Both the position numbers and the translations under genes were made by a program. A stretch of DNA of 32,000 nucleotides. Source: Erysipelotrichaceae bacterium. GTDB taxonomy: Bacteria > Bacillota_I > Bacilli_A > Erysipelotrichales > Erysipelotrichaceae. Positions 1 through 8,886 of the stretch are shown piece by piece. The notes under the pieces were generated by a model. That model worked only from the letters and a program-made list of their open reading frames with translations. It was not told the origin of the DNA and did no database searches. The stretch lies in the NCBI GenBank assembly GCA_030604855.1, contig JAUVVC010000009.1:30001-62000 (forward strand), given 5' to 3'. Positions within the stretch are counted from its first letter, which is position 1. Each line of letters opens with the position of its first letter.

Positions 1-1
1 A

Positions 2-418
2 GAAGTCATCGATGTCTTGAATAAGAAATCGGGCATGTTGGGTGTCAGTGGATTATCAAGCGATGCACGTGATGTGGACAATGCGATCAAAGAAGGCAAT
101 GAACGTGCTGTTTTAACCCGTAAGATTTATGCGAATCGCGTTGCACAAACCATCGGTAGTTACTTTGTTCAATTGGGTAAAGTGGATGCGATCGTCTTTA
201 CAGGCGGTTTGGGTGAGAATGACGTTGCGGCTCGTGAAAGCATCTTGAAGAATATTGAACAAGCCCTTCAGATCGATATGGATTATGACTTGAACAACAG
301 TGTTCGTGGTAAAGAAGTCTGCTTAAGCAAAGCGGATTCCAAAGTTCAAGTTTGGGTCGTCCCAACCAATGAGGAATTGGTCATCGCCCAAGATACCGTA
401 CATATTTTAGGTTTATAA
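2..418 (+). CDS. ackA: acetate kinase, C-terminal part (5' end cut by window edge)
   Basis: The frame is open from nt 2 to TAA 416-418. The translation EVIDVLNKKSGMLGVSGLSSDARD...FTGGLGENDVAARE...VWVVPTNEELVIAQD matches the conserved C-terminal half of acetate kinases. Confidence 0.9.
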   Translation, partial: EVIDVLNKKSGMLGVSGLSSDARDVDNAIKEGNERAVLTRKIYANRVAQTIGSYFVQLGKVDAIVFTGGLGENDVAARESILKNIEQALQIDMDYDLNNSVRGKEVCLSKADSKVQVWVVPTNEELVIAQDTVHILGL

Positions 419-419
419 A

Positions 420-1367
420 ATGAATGAGATCCTTGCGAAAATAGAAGCTGCTCCCATCATTTGTGTCTTTCGTCACCAAGCACCGGATCCAGATGCCTTA
501 GGGAGTCAATGGGGTTTGGTCAATTGGCTGAAAGAAACTTATCCGAATAAAGAAGTTTATGCGATGGGTTGGCATCGTGGTCAATCCGCAGCCTTGTTCG
601 GCAACTATGAGACTGTCAGCGATGAAGTCGTTCGCAAGAGTTTAGCGATCATCTTGGATACGGCTAATGCGGCTCGGATCGATGATGATCGTTATCAATA
701 TGCCTATGATTCAGTTAAATTGGATCATCATCCCTTTACGGATGCCTATGCGATGTATGAGTTCATCGATGATACGGCCGCGAGTACTTCGGAACTCGTC
801 TGTCGTTTGATTCAAATGAAATCACGTGAGACCCTCAGTCCTGTAACAGCGCGCTATCTGTATATGGGAATTCTGACGGATACCTTGCGTTTTTCGACCT
901 CAAACACCAGCGCAAGTACTTTGCATTGTGCTGCCTTTCTGGTCAATAGTGAATTGAATCTGAGTCAGATCAATGATGACTTGTTTGGAATGGAGCGGAT
1001 CGAGTTTGAATTGACGAACTATATTCGTACGCATGCGATCATTGAGGAATCCGGTTTGGTCTATATCAAGTTGGACCGTAGCACTTTGGAAAGACTCCGG
1101 GTTACGCCAGGTTTGGCGAAAGAACGTGTGAATGAGCTTGGTTTGGTTCGCAGTTTTCAGATCTGGGCTTTACTCATTGAACAAGAAGAAGATGGACTGA
1201 TTCGTTATAGCGGAAGTCTTCGTTCACGTCGCTTGAGTGTCAATGACATCGCTCACCGATACAATGGGGGTGGACATCGCTTGGCTGCCGCTGTGAAGCA
1301 TTTGACGGAGGTACAAGTCGATCTTTGCTTAGAAGATTGTCGAAGACGGATTCGAGGTGAAATTTAA
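420..1367 (+). CDS. nrnA: DHH/DHHA1 phosphoesterase, NrnA-like oligoribonuclease / pAp phosphatase
   Basis: 315 aa. Motifs present are RHQAPDPDALGS, DTAN, the DHH motif (KLDHHPF) and the DHHA1 GGGH motif (YNGGGHRLAAA). It aligns along its length with B. subtilis NrnA as I recall it. nrnA lies near dnaE, as in Bacilli. Confidence 0.85.
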   Translation: MNEILAKIEAAPIICVFRHQAPDPDALGSQWGLVNWLKETYPNKEVYAMGWHRGQSAALFGNYETVSDEVVRKSLAIILDTANAARIDDDRYQYAYDSVKLDHHPFTDAYAMYEFIDDTAASTSELVCRLIQMKSRETLSPVTARYLYMGILTDTLRFSTSNTSASTLHCAAFLVNSELNLSQINDDLFGMERIEFELTNYIRTHAIIEESGLVYIKLDRSTLERLRVTPGLAKERVNELGLVRSFQIWALLIEQEEDGLIRYSGSLRSRRLSVNDIAHRYNGGGHRLAAAVKHLTEVQVDLCLEDCRRRIRGEI

Positions 1368-3010
1368 TGACGTTTTATGGATTCAATATCCCCAAGGCTA
1401 AAAAAGCTTTACCGAAATGGCAAGCGCTCTTAAGAGCGCTTCTTGTTTTGCTTATCGTGGCTGTTGGCATCGATTATGTGACCTTACCTGCCTATAACCT
1501 CCATGATACGGCGTTTATCATGTTGGTGGTGTTCTATCTATTTATCTTTAGTATGGTTTATTTTGTGTTTTCGTATCAAATTGATTTTGTGGTTAAGTTG
1601 TGCATTGGACTGGGATTTGCCTTGATCGCCTTTACTCTCATATTCTCACTCTTGAGCAGTGAGATGTTGAATGCGGGACGCTATCGCGATCAGATTCAAA
1701 TTACTTCAAGCAGTGAGTTCGATGATCAGTTCGATGCGATCGCTTTGAATAAGATTCCTTTGGTTGATCAGAACACCGCTCAACAACTTGGCGACAAGCA
1801 GATTGGACGTGTTCAAGGTTTAGGTTCTCAGTTCGACATCAATAATGAGTACATTCTCATCAATCAAAAAGACATGGTTTATCGTGTTTCCGCCTTAGAG
1901 TATCAAGATTCAATCAAATGGTTTCAAAATCGTGAGAAGGGCATTCCAGGCTATGTTCGTGTGAATGTGACGGACGCGAGCGATGTGAAGTTGATTGTGT
2001 TGGATGAAGGCATCAAGTATGCACCTTCCGCATTTCTTAGTGAGGATTTGATGCGTCATGTACGTTTCAAGTATCGTACAGACATCTTTGATGCGACTTC
2101 ATTTGAAATCGATGATGAAGGCAATCCTTATTACGTGATTTCAATCATTGAACCTGAGATCGGTTGGTTTGGTGGTTGGGATACCAATGCTGTGATCACG
2201 GTGGATGCGGTCAGTGGTGATATGAACCGGTATGCCATCGATGAGATGCCAGCTTGGGTCGATCGTGCGCAATCCGCACGAATCGCTTGGTATCAGATTG
2301 ATAACTGGGGTTATTATGTCAATGGATGGATCAATACCTTGATTGGTCAAAAAGACATGATTCAAACCACCGATGGTTTCAACTACGTGTCGATCGAGGG
2401 GCAAACGCATATTTTCTCAGGTTTGACATCGGTTGGAGCGGATCGATCGATTGTTGGGTTTGCCTTAATCAACTTAAGAACCAAAGAGGCAACGTACATT
2501 CAAGTGGGTGGTGCGGATGAAGTTTCCGCAATGAATTCCGCGACCGGCCAGGTTCAGCATTTGAATTACGAGTCAACGTTTCCAGTTTTGTTGAACGTGG
2601 ATGGCTTTCCAACCTATTTCATGGCGTTGAAAGATTATGAGGGCTTGGTTAAACTCTATGCGATGGTCAGTGTTCAGGACTATGCTTTGGTTGGTGTAGG
2701 CGCGAGTGTTGAAGAAGCCCGTTTGACGTATTTAAAACAACTCAAAGACGGTGGTCAGATTGTGGATCTTCCCATCGATTCCGTCTCACTAACAGGGCTT
2801 GTATTGGATGTTAAAGAAGTCATCTTGGATGGGACCAGTGTCTATTACATGATGATTGATGGACAAAATGCTTTGTTTATTGTGTCCAGCAAAACCAATG
2901 TGGAGGCTTCCTTGACCAAGGTGGGGGATAATGTTTCTCTCATGTATCAGAAGCGAAGTGAAATGGTTTATGATGTACAAGCTTTTGACAATTTGAATCT
3001 TGATTATTGA
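1367..3010 (+). CDS. uncharacterised membrane-anchored protein (about 3 N-terminal TM helices plus ~450-aa Trp/Tyr/Gly-rich presumably extracytoplasmic domain)
   Basis: 547-aa ORF. Its ATG overlaps the nrnA stop (TAATG at 1365-1369). A basic N-terminus (KAKKALPK) is followed by three hydrophobic segments (about aa 20-42, 48-69, 73-97). I recognise no family. A terminator follows directly. Confidence 0.75.
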   Translation: MTFYGFNIPKAKKALPKWQALLRALLVLLIVAVGIDYVTLPAYNLHDTAFIMLVVFYLFIFSMVYFVFSYQIDFVVKLCIGLGFALIAFTLIFSLLSSEMLNAGRYRDQIQITSSSEFDDQFDAIALNKIPLVDQNTAQQLGDKQIGRVQGLGSQFDINNEYILINQKDMVYRVSALEYQDSIKWFQNREKGIPGYVRVNVTDASDVKLIVLDEGIKYAPSAFLSEDLMRHVRFKYRTDIFDATSFEIDDEGNPYYVISIIEPEIGWFGGWDTNAVITVDAVSGDMNRYAIDEMPAWVDRAQSARIAWYQIDNWGYYVNGWINTLIGQKDMIQTTDGFNYVSIEGQTHIFSGLTSVGADRSIVGFALINLRTKEATYIQVGGADEVSAMNSATGQVQHLNYESTFPVLLNVDGFPTYFMALKDYEGLVKLYAMVSVQDYALVGVGASVEEARLTYLKQLKDGGQIVDLPIDSVSLTGLVLDVKEVILDGTSVYYMMIDGQNALFIVSSKTNVEASLTKVGDNVSLMYQKRSEMVYDVQAFDNLNLDY

Positions 3011-3033
3011 ACAGCGTAAGCTGTTCTTTTTTT
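3009..3033 (+). terminator. intrinsic terminator after the membrane-protein gene
   Basis: Perfect 7-bp stem GAACAGC(3009-3015)/GCTGTTC(3020-3026), GTAA loop, then T7 (3027-3033). It overlaps the TGA stop at 3008-3010. Confidence 0.75.
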
Positions 3034-3047
3034 GAGATGCTTTAAGG

Positions 3048-3053
3048 TATAAT
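3048..3053 (+). promoter_or_regulatory. -10 box TATAAT upstream of dnaE
   Basis: Consensus TATAAT lies 15 nt after the terminator T-run. No good -35 sits at 17 nt (TTCTTT), and TTGAGA at 3032-3037 is only 10 nt away. An ATG lies exactly 6 nt downstream (3060). Confidence 0.5.
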
Positions 3054-3059
3054 AGAGAC

Positions 3060-3086
3060 ATGTCAAAGAAATCAATGTCGACATGA
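3060..3086 (+). other. candidate 8-codon upstream ORF (MSKKSMST) overlapping the dnaE start
   Basis: ATG 3060-3062 is 6 nt after TATAAT. Its stop TGA 3084-3086 overlaps dnaE ATG 3083-3085 (ATGA). No expression evidence is available from sequence alone. Confidence 0.3.
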
Positions 3087-6000
3087 GCACACATCTTTCT
3101 GTTCGAAGTTGTTATTCACTCTTGAATGGCACAATGACGATTCCTAATCTGGTTCATAAGGCTAAGGAGCTGGGTTTTAGTGCGCTTGCTTTAAGTGATC
3201 TACGTGTCATGCATGGAAGTTTGGAGTTCGTTCGTCTTTGTCAAAAAGAGGGGATTCAAGCTATCTTGGGTCTTGAGTTTGATGTTTTCTTTGAAGATGC
3301 AAATTACTCTATGTTGACTGTCGCAAGAAATAATGAGGGTTATCAGGCTTTGATGGCGATTTCTTCAAAGCTGAATTGTGATGATAAATCAATTCAATTA
3401 GAAGCGCTAAGTTTTTATCAAACATCACTTTTCATGATTGTTTATTCGGACCAAGCTGTTTTCGATCAGGCTTTTATCAATGATGATGAAGCTTCGATAA
3501 TACGTAGGATGAATGCTTTTAAGCAGCGGATACCGGATGTTTTATTGGGCATCAATCGTCAAGAGGAGTCTTATTATCAAATACAGAATAAGCGTTTGAA
3601 ATCGATTCTGAGTGAAATAGGCATTCGCTCGGTCGCAGCGCATCGTGTTATTTATGCGGAAGCCGATCATGATGAGCATCATCGGGTTCTGAAAGCCATT
3701 GGGATGCAGCGCTTGTTATCGGATAAGCAATTGATTCTTGAGCGCTATCGATACATGCTTTCGCCTCAAGAAATGACGCAGCTTTATGATGAGGATGATT
3801 TGAAGATGTCGGATTGGATCGCATCACAATCTAAGGTTGAATGGAACCAAGCCCAGACACGTTTGCCAAGATTTGAAACACCGGATGAAAACTTGAGTTC
3901 TGCGCAGTATCTGACGCAGTTGTGTCTTGCAGGCTTGGAGAAACGATTCACGAACAAACCAATTGATGGGGACTATCGTGCACGGTTGAAGTACGAAATC
4001 GATGTCATCGTATCAATGCATTACGAAGACTATTTCTTAATCGTTTGGGATTTCATTCGCTATGCAAAATCACAAGGAATCTATGTCGGTCCTGGTCGTG
4101 GTTCGGCTGCAGGTTCATTGGTTTCCTATTGTTTGGGCATCACCCACGTGGATCCCATCGAACATGATCTGCTGTTTGAACGATTCTTGAATCCAGAACG
4201 TATTTCCTTACCGGATATCGATACCGATTTTCCTGACAATAGACGAGATGAAGTGATTCAGTATGTCGTTCGAAAATATGGTAAAGATCATGTGGCACAT
4301 ATCTCAACATTTGGGACCTTGGCTGCTAAGCAAGTTTTAAGGGATGTAGGCAGGGTGATGGAGATTTCGGTACGTGAGTTGGATAGTTTAAGTAAAACCA
4401 TCCCACAAGCCCTCAAAATAACGCTTGCGCAAGCTTATGATCAAAGCCCACGTTTCAGATCATTGATCGCTTCGGATGAGCGTTATCAAAAGTTGTATCG
4501 TATTGCAAGTGTCTTGGAAGGCTTGCCACGCCATATTTCAACACATGCGGCGGGTGTCGTGATGAGCAGTGTGCCCTTGAATCAAGTGGTACCTCTAATT
4601 CAAATTGAACAAGACATGGTGTCGACGCAATTCACAATGGACCACTTGGAATCCTTGGGATTGATCAAAATGGACTTCTTAGGTTTACGGAATTTGACGA
4701 TCATCGACGAGGTGGTTCAGGCGATCCAAGAACGCGATCGCATGACTTTCAATATTCTTAAGATACCGATGAATGACAAGAAGACATTGAAGTTGGTTCA
4801 TGATGTGGATACGGTGGGTATCTTTCAATTGGAATCTGAAGGAATGAAGAATCTTTTGCGTCAAATGAAGACGACACGATTTGAGGACATTGTCGCAACA
4901 ATCGCCTTGTTTAGGCCAGGGCCAATGGAAAACATTCCGGAATATATTCAAGCACGACAAAATCCAGATAAAGTGAGTTACCCCGTACAAGCCATCAGAC
5001 CCATCGTTGAATCGACTTTCGGCATTTTGATCTATCAAGAACAGATCATGCAGGTTGCTCAACGTATGGCGGGTTTCAGCTTGGCGAAAGCTGATCTTTT
5101 ACGTAAAGCAATGAGTAAGAAGAACGCCAATGAATTGAGTAAGCTTGAGGAAGCGTTCATTCGTGGTTGTATCGAGAATGGATTCAACGATGAAACGGCG
5201 AGAACGGTGTATGCCTTGATCTTCAAGTTTGCGAACTATGGCTTTAATAAGTCACACAGTGTCGCATATGCGATGATTTCATATCAGATGGCTTATTTAA
5301 AAGCCAATTACCCAGATCTGTTCTTTGTGGCACTTTTGAACAGTGTCATCGGCAGTGAAAGCAAGACTTATGAATACCTCCAAGAGGCTAAGGCGCATCA
5401 AGTCAGAATCGCAAAGCCTTCCGTTAAGTTCAGTAGAGGGCATTATGTCTTGGAAGCGGAAGCAATTCGCTTTCCCTTGCTAATCATCAAAGGGGTAGGA
5501 ACCGCTTTGAACCAAGCCGTTCTGACAGAACGATCAAAGGGCATGTTCAATGACTTTTATGATTTTGTAGTGCGCATGAGTACCTATCGTATCTCCAAGT
5601 CAAATTTCGAGGCTTTGATTGATGCCGGTGCCTTGGATGATTTCAATCTTGCTCGTAATACGATGCGGGCATCGCTTCAAGATGCATTGGATTATGCGGA
5701 TATGGTACGCATTGAACATAACCAACAGATCTCAATCGATACAAGCTTGGTCAAGCCTTTGCCCTTGGTATTCGTGAAAGATGATCCTTTGGATAACGCA
5801 GAAAAAGAACGCATGGTTTTAGGTTACTATTTAAGTGATCATCCCTTGACACATATAAAACAGAGTTTAGGTTTATCTCAAGCAATCCTTCAGCTGAATG
5901 TTTCAAATCAGAATCAAACATTCATTGCCATGATCAAGAAAGTAAAGACGCACCGAACTAAAAATGGAGCGATGATGGCATTCATTCAACTTATTGATGA

Positions 6001-6148
6001 AAGTGGTGAGCTGGATGGTGTTTTGATGCCTCAAATCTATCAAGGCCTTGAAGAACTGTTAAAGATCAATCGTATCGTCAAGGTCAGTGGCTTGATAGAA
6101 AAAGAAAAATCGTGTTTAATTAAGAAAATTGAAATCATTGAAAGATAG
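3083..6148 (+). CDS. dnaE: DNA polymerase III alpha subunit, DnaE type
   Basis: 1021 aa. It has an N-terminal PHP-like region, polymerase core motifs (GPGRGSAAGSLVSYCLGITHVDP, LPDIDTDF, FQLES, LFRPGPM, YQEQIMQ, FNKSHSVAYA) and a C-terminal OB-fold region. No SD lies within 20 nt upstream. Confidence 0.95.
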   Translation: MSTHLSVRSCYSLLNGTMTIPNLVHKAKELGFSALALSDLRVMHGSLEFVRLCQKEGIQAILGLEFDVFFEDANYSMLTVARNNEGYQALMAISSKLNCDDKSIQLEALSFYQTSLFMIVYSDQAVFDQAFINDDEASIIRRMNAFKQRIPDVLLGINRQEESYYQIQNKRLKSILSEIGIRSVAAHRVIYAEADHDEHHRVLKAIGMQRLLSDKQLILERYRYMLSPQEMTQLYDEDDLKMSDWIASQSKVEWNQAQTRLPRFETPDENLSSAQYLTQLCLAGLEKRFTNKPIDGDYRARLKYEIDVIVSMHYEDYFLIVWDFIRYAKSQGIYVGPGRGSAAGSLVSYCLGITHVDPIEHDLLFERFLNPERISLPDIDTDFPDNRRDEVIQYVVRKYGKDHVAHISTFGTLAAKQVLRDVGRVMEISVRELDSLSKTIPQALKITLAQAYDQSPRFRSLIASDERYQKLYRIASVLEGLPRHISTHAAGVVMSSVPLNQVVPLIQIEQDMVSTQFTMDHLESLGLIKMDFLGLRNLTIIDEVVQAIQERDRMTFNILKIPMNDKKTLKLVHDVDTVGIFQLESEGMKNLLRQMKTTRFEDIVATIALFRPGPMENIPEYIQARQNPDKVSYPVQAIRPIVESTFGILIYQEQIMQVAQRMAGFSLAKADLLRKAMSKKNANELSKLEEAFIRGCIENGFNDETARTVYALIFKFANYGFNKSHSVAYAMISYQMAYLKANYPDLFFVALLNSVIGSESKTYEYLQEAKAHQVRIAKPSVKFSRGHYVLEAEAIRFPLLIIKGVGTALNQAVLTERSKGMFNDFYDFVVRMSTYRISKSNFEALIDAGALDDFNLARNTMRASLQDALDYADMVRIEHNQQISIDTSLVKPLPLVFVKDDPLDNAEKERMVLGYYLSDHPLTHIKQSLGLSQAILQLNVSNQNQTFIAMIKKVKTHRTKNGAMMAFIQLIDESGELDGVLMPQIYQGLEELLKINRIVKVSGLIEKEKSCLIKKIEIIER

Positions 6149-6158
6149 GAGTCCAATC

Positions 6159-6824
6159 ATGGCAAAAATATTGATCGTAGATGACGAGGCGAAAATCAGA
6201 GAAGTTGTGAAAGAATATGCCATGTTGATTCATGGTTTTGAAGTTGAAGAAGCTGAAAATGGTTATGAAGCCATTACCAAAGTTGAACATCAAGATTTTG
6301 ATTTGATCATATTGGACATCATGATGCCGGTTATGGATGGGTTCACGGCATGTCGGGAAATCAAACGCATCAAGAACATACCGGTGATCATGTTGTCGGC
6401 ACGTGATGAAGAGTATGATAAGCTCCATGGCTTTGACTTGGGTGTCGATGATTATGTCGTCAAGCCATTCAGTCCAAAGGAACTTATGGCTCGTATCAAT
6501 GCGGTCATTAAACGTAATCAAGATAAAGAACACAATCGTTATGTCTTTGAGGGACTCGAAATCGATATTGATGCTCGGGATGTTTTTGTTAATAAAGAGA
6601 AAGTAACCTTGACACCCAAAGAATTTGATTTATTGGTTTATATGATAAAAAATAAAAACATGGCGATTAATCGAGAAGTCTTATTAGAGAGAGTATGGAA
6701 CTATTCTTACTTCGGAGACGATCGGACAGTGGATACGCACGTCAAGATGTTGCGTCATAATCTAAAGGAATATCGTAAATTTATTGTGACGGTTCGTGGA
6801 ACGGGGTACAAATTTGAAGTTTGA
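6159..6824 (+). CDS. OmpR/PhoB-family response regulator
   Basis: Start moved to ATG 6159 (MAKILIVDDE), which is preceded by AGGAG at 6147-6151 overlapping the dnaE stop TAG. Receiver residues are DD (aa 8-9), D in LIILDIMMP, S in MLSA and K in VVKPF. The C-terminal winged-helix reads LTPKEFDLL...RTVDTHVKMLR...GTGYKF. Confidence 0.9.
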   Translation: MAKILIVDDEAKIREVVKEYAMLIHGFEVEEAENGYEAITKVEHQDFDLIILDIMMPVMDGFTACREIKRIKNIPVIMLSARDEEYDKLHGFDLGVDDYVVKPFSPKELMARINAVIKRNQDKEHNRYVFEGLEIDIDARDVFVNKEKVTLTPKEFDLLVYMIKNKNMAINREVLLERVWNYSYFGDDRTVDTHVKMLRHNLKEYRKFIVTVRGTGYKFEV

Positions 6825-8250
6825 TTTGCATAACATACGTTTTCGTACATGGCTTTATTTCTTCACCTTGATGTTAGGTGTTTTAATCATGCTGTGGGTC
6901 ATGCAGATCGTTTTTTTAAGTGCCTACTTCAAACAAATGAAAGTCACTCAAGTTGAAAGCGTTGCGAATAAGATTGAAGAATCCATTCTAAACAATCAGT
7001 TCAACATGAGTGTTCAAGTCAGTGCGGTGCAAAACAATGTTTGTGGACTCGTCTACAGTTCGAAAGGGCAGTTGTTGTATCAAGTGGATGCTTTAGGCTT
7101 GGGTTGTGTTTTGAATTCCAACGCAATTGGATTCGCACAGAAGATTCAAAACTATACACAGATGATCAATGAATCGCCCCAAGGTGAATTTGCCTTAACA
7201 GTAAACAACGCTGTAATTCAGCAAGATATGATTGTTTATGGGAAGAAGGTACTGTTGCCTTTTGGTAATTACTATATTTTCTTGAATTCAAGTTTGTTGC
7301 CGATTGATTCGACCATTTCGATCCTTCAACAACAATTCATCTATGTCACCATCATGGTTTTTGTCTTGTTTAGTGTGGTATCACTTTATATTTCTAGCAA
7401 CATCACAAAACCGATCATTAAGATGAAAAAAGAGGCTTTGAAACTTGCTCAAGGAAACTATGATGTTTATTTTGAGAAGACGCAGTTCACGGAGTTCAGT
7501 GAACTTGCGGATACGTTGAACAACACATCCAGTGAATTGAAGAAGATGGATGATTTGCGGAAGGATTTGATTGCTAATGTATCGCATGATATCAAGACAC
7601 CCTTGACGATGATCAAGGCTTATGCGGAAATGATCAAAGACATTTCAGGGGATAACAAGAAAAAGCGTGAGGAACATCTGGGAGTCATTTTAGATGAGGT
7701 GAATCATTTGGATCATTTGGTTCAAGATATGACACAGTTGTCGCAGATGCAATCCAGTGTGTTGACTTTAGATTTGAAACAATTCAATTGTGTGGATTTG
7801 GTTAAGGAGTCTTTACGTTTGCTAGATGGATTGATCAAGTCCAATAAAATCAAAGTGGAGTTGTTTGCACCTCAAGAAGTCATTGTGATCGGAGATCCTT
7901 TAAAGATCAAACAAGTTGTCATCAACTTTGTAAGCAATGCGATCAAATTCGTAGGCAAAGATAAGATTCTTATCTTACAGATCTTGTGTGAGCAAGATAT
8001 GGTGAAAGTGGAAATCATCGACCATGGCATCGGCATCAGTGAGCAGGACCTCCCATACATCTGGGATCGATACTATAAGATCGATAAACATCATCATCGC
8101 AATGTGGCGGGAACAGGTTTGGGTCTAAGCATTGCTTCAGCTATTCTTAAGAGTCATGCGTATCCTTTTGGGGTAAACAGTGTTCTCGATAAAGGAAGTG
8201 TCTTCTGGTTCAAATTACCGTATGCCAAGAAGCCGGAACATGTCTTATGA
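6796..8250 (+). CDS. sensor histidine kinase (2 TM, HAMP, HisKA, HATPase_c)
   Basis: 484 aa. It has an H-box SHDIKTPLT, an N-box-like VSNAIKF, and G-boxes DHGIGI and GTGLGLSI. The start is uncertain: ATG 6796 overlaps the regulator by 29 nt, and in-frame TTG codons at 6814 and 6826 are alternatives. Confidence 0.85.
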   Translation: MERGTNLKFDLHNIRFRTWLYFFTLMLGVLIMLWVMQIVFLSAYFKQMKVTQVESVANKIEESILNNQFNMSVQVSAVQNNVCGLVYSSKGQLLYQVDALGLGCVLNSNAIGFAQKIQNYTQMINESPQGEFALTVNNAVIQQDMIVYGKKVLLPFGNYYIFLNSSLLPIDSTISILQQQFIYVTIMVFVLFSVVSLYISSNITKPIIKMKKEALKLAQGNYDVYFEKTQFTEFSELADTLNNTSSELKKMDDLRKDLIANVSHDIKTPLTMIKAYAEMIKDISGDNKKKREEHLGVILDEVNHLDHLVQDMTQLSQMQSSVLTLDLKQFNCVDLVKESLRLLDGLIKSNKIKVELFAPQEVIVIGDPLKIKQVVINFVSNAIKFVGKDKILILQILCEQDMVKVEIIDHGIGISEQDLPYIWDRYYKIDKHHHRNVAGTGLGLSIASAILKSHAYPFGVNSVLDKGSVFWFKLPYAKKPEHVL

Positions 8251-8885
8251 TGCCGTTGGACTACATCAAAGGGACACGACTAAGATTGATGCAAACAGAA
8301 GCGATCTATAAGATGACTTCGGATACCTTTCATTTAGCGAATTTCATCAAGGTGCGTAAACATGATCGCGTCTTGGAAGTTGGATGTAATACAGGTGTCA
8401 TCATTATGGTTGCCAGTCTCAGTACGGATCAAACATGTTTAGGGATCGATATTAATAACGAAGCCTTGGAATTGGCGAAGCAGAATGTGGCATTGAATGA
8501 AATAAGGAATGTACGATTGGAGTGTGTGGACTTCAAACATTTGAATCAGAATAATTTTGATTTATTGGTATGTAATCCACCCTATTATCGCCATCAGAAT
8601 ATTGATGCGGATCATGCACGGTTGGATGTTTCATTGAGTCTTGAGGATCTGGCGAAACACGCATTCTTCGTATTAAAGGATAAAGGTCGATGCTCGATCA
8701 TATTGACTGCGGAACGCATGGGTGAAGCCATCCACATCTTTGCAGAACAGCGTTTTGCTTTGAAGCGTATACAAATGATTCATCATACTTTGCATCATCC
8801 AGCAAGCAGCGTATGTATGGAGTTCAGTAAATTGGGAAGAGTTCATTGCAAGGTTGAAGCACCGATCGTGAACACTGGGGTTTGA
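8247..8885 (+). CDS. SAM-dependent N6-adenine-type methyltransferase, TrmN6/YfiC-like (tRNA m6A37 family)
   Basis: 212 aa. SAM motif VLEVGCNTG is followed about 65 aa later by the LLVCNPPYY (NPPY) motif, with only a short C-terminal region and no large target-recognition domain. The start overlaps the kinase stop (ATGA at 8247-8250). Confidence 0.7.
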   Translation: MMPLDYIKGTRLRLMQTEAIYKMTSDTFHLANFIKVRKHDRVLEVGCNTGVIIMVASLSTDQTCLGIDINNEALELAKQNVALNEIRNVRLECVDFKHLNQNNFDLLVCNPPYYRHQNIDADHARLDVSLSLEDLAKHAFFVLKDKGRCSIILTAERMGEAIHIFAEQRFALKRIQMIHHTLHHPASSVCMEFSKLGRVHCKVEAPIVNTGV

Positions 8886-8886
8886 T

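Noticed and set aside
3032-3037. TTGAGA as the -35 element for the dnaE TATAAT.
   Set aside because: Only 10 nt separate it from the -10 hexamer, against an optimum of 17. It cannot serve that -10.
8247-8885. Idea that the NPPY methyltransferase is a Dam-like DNA methylase explaining the GATC enrichment.
   Set aside because: It is 212 aa with a motif I to NPPY order, a short C-terminal region and no large target-recognition domain. This architecture matches the TrmN6/YfiC tRNA m6A enzymes rather than Dam (DPPY, alpha-type order, about 270-280 aa). No cognate endonuclease is nearby.
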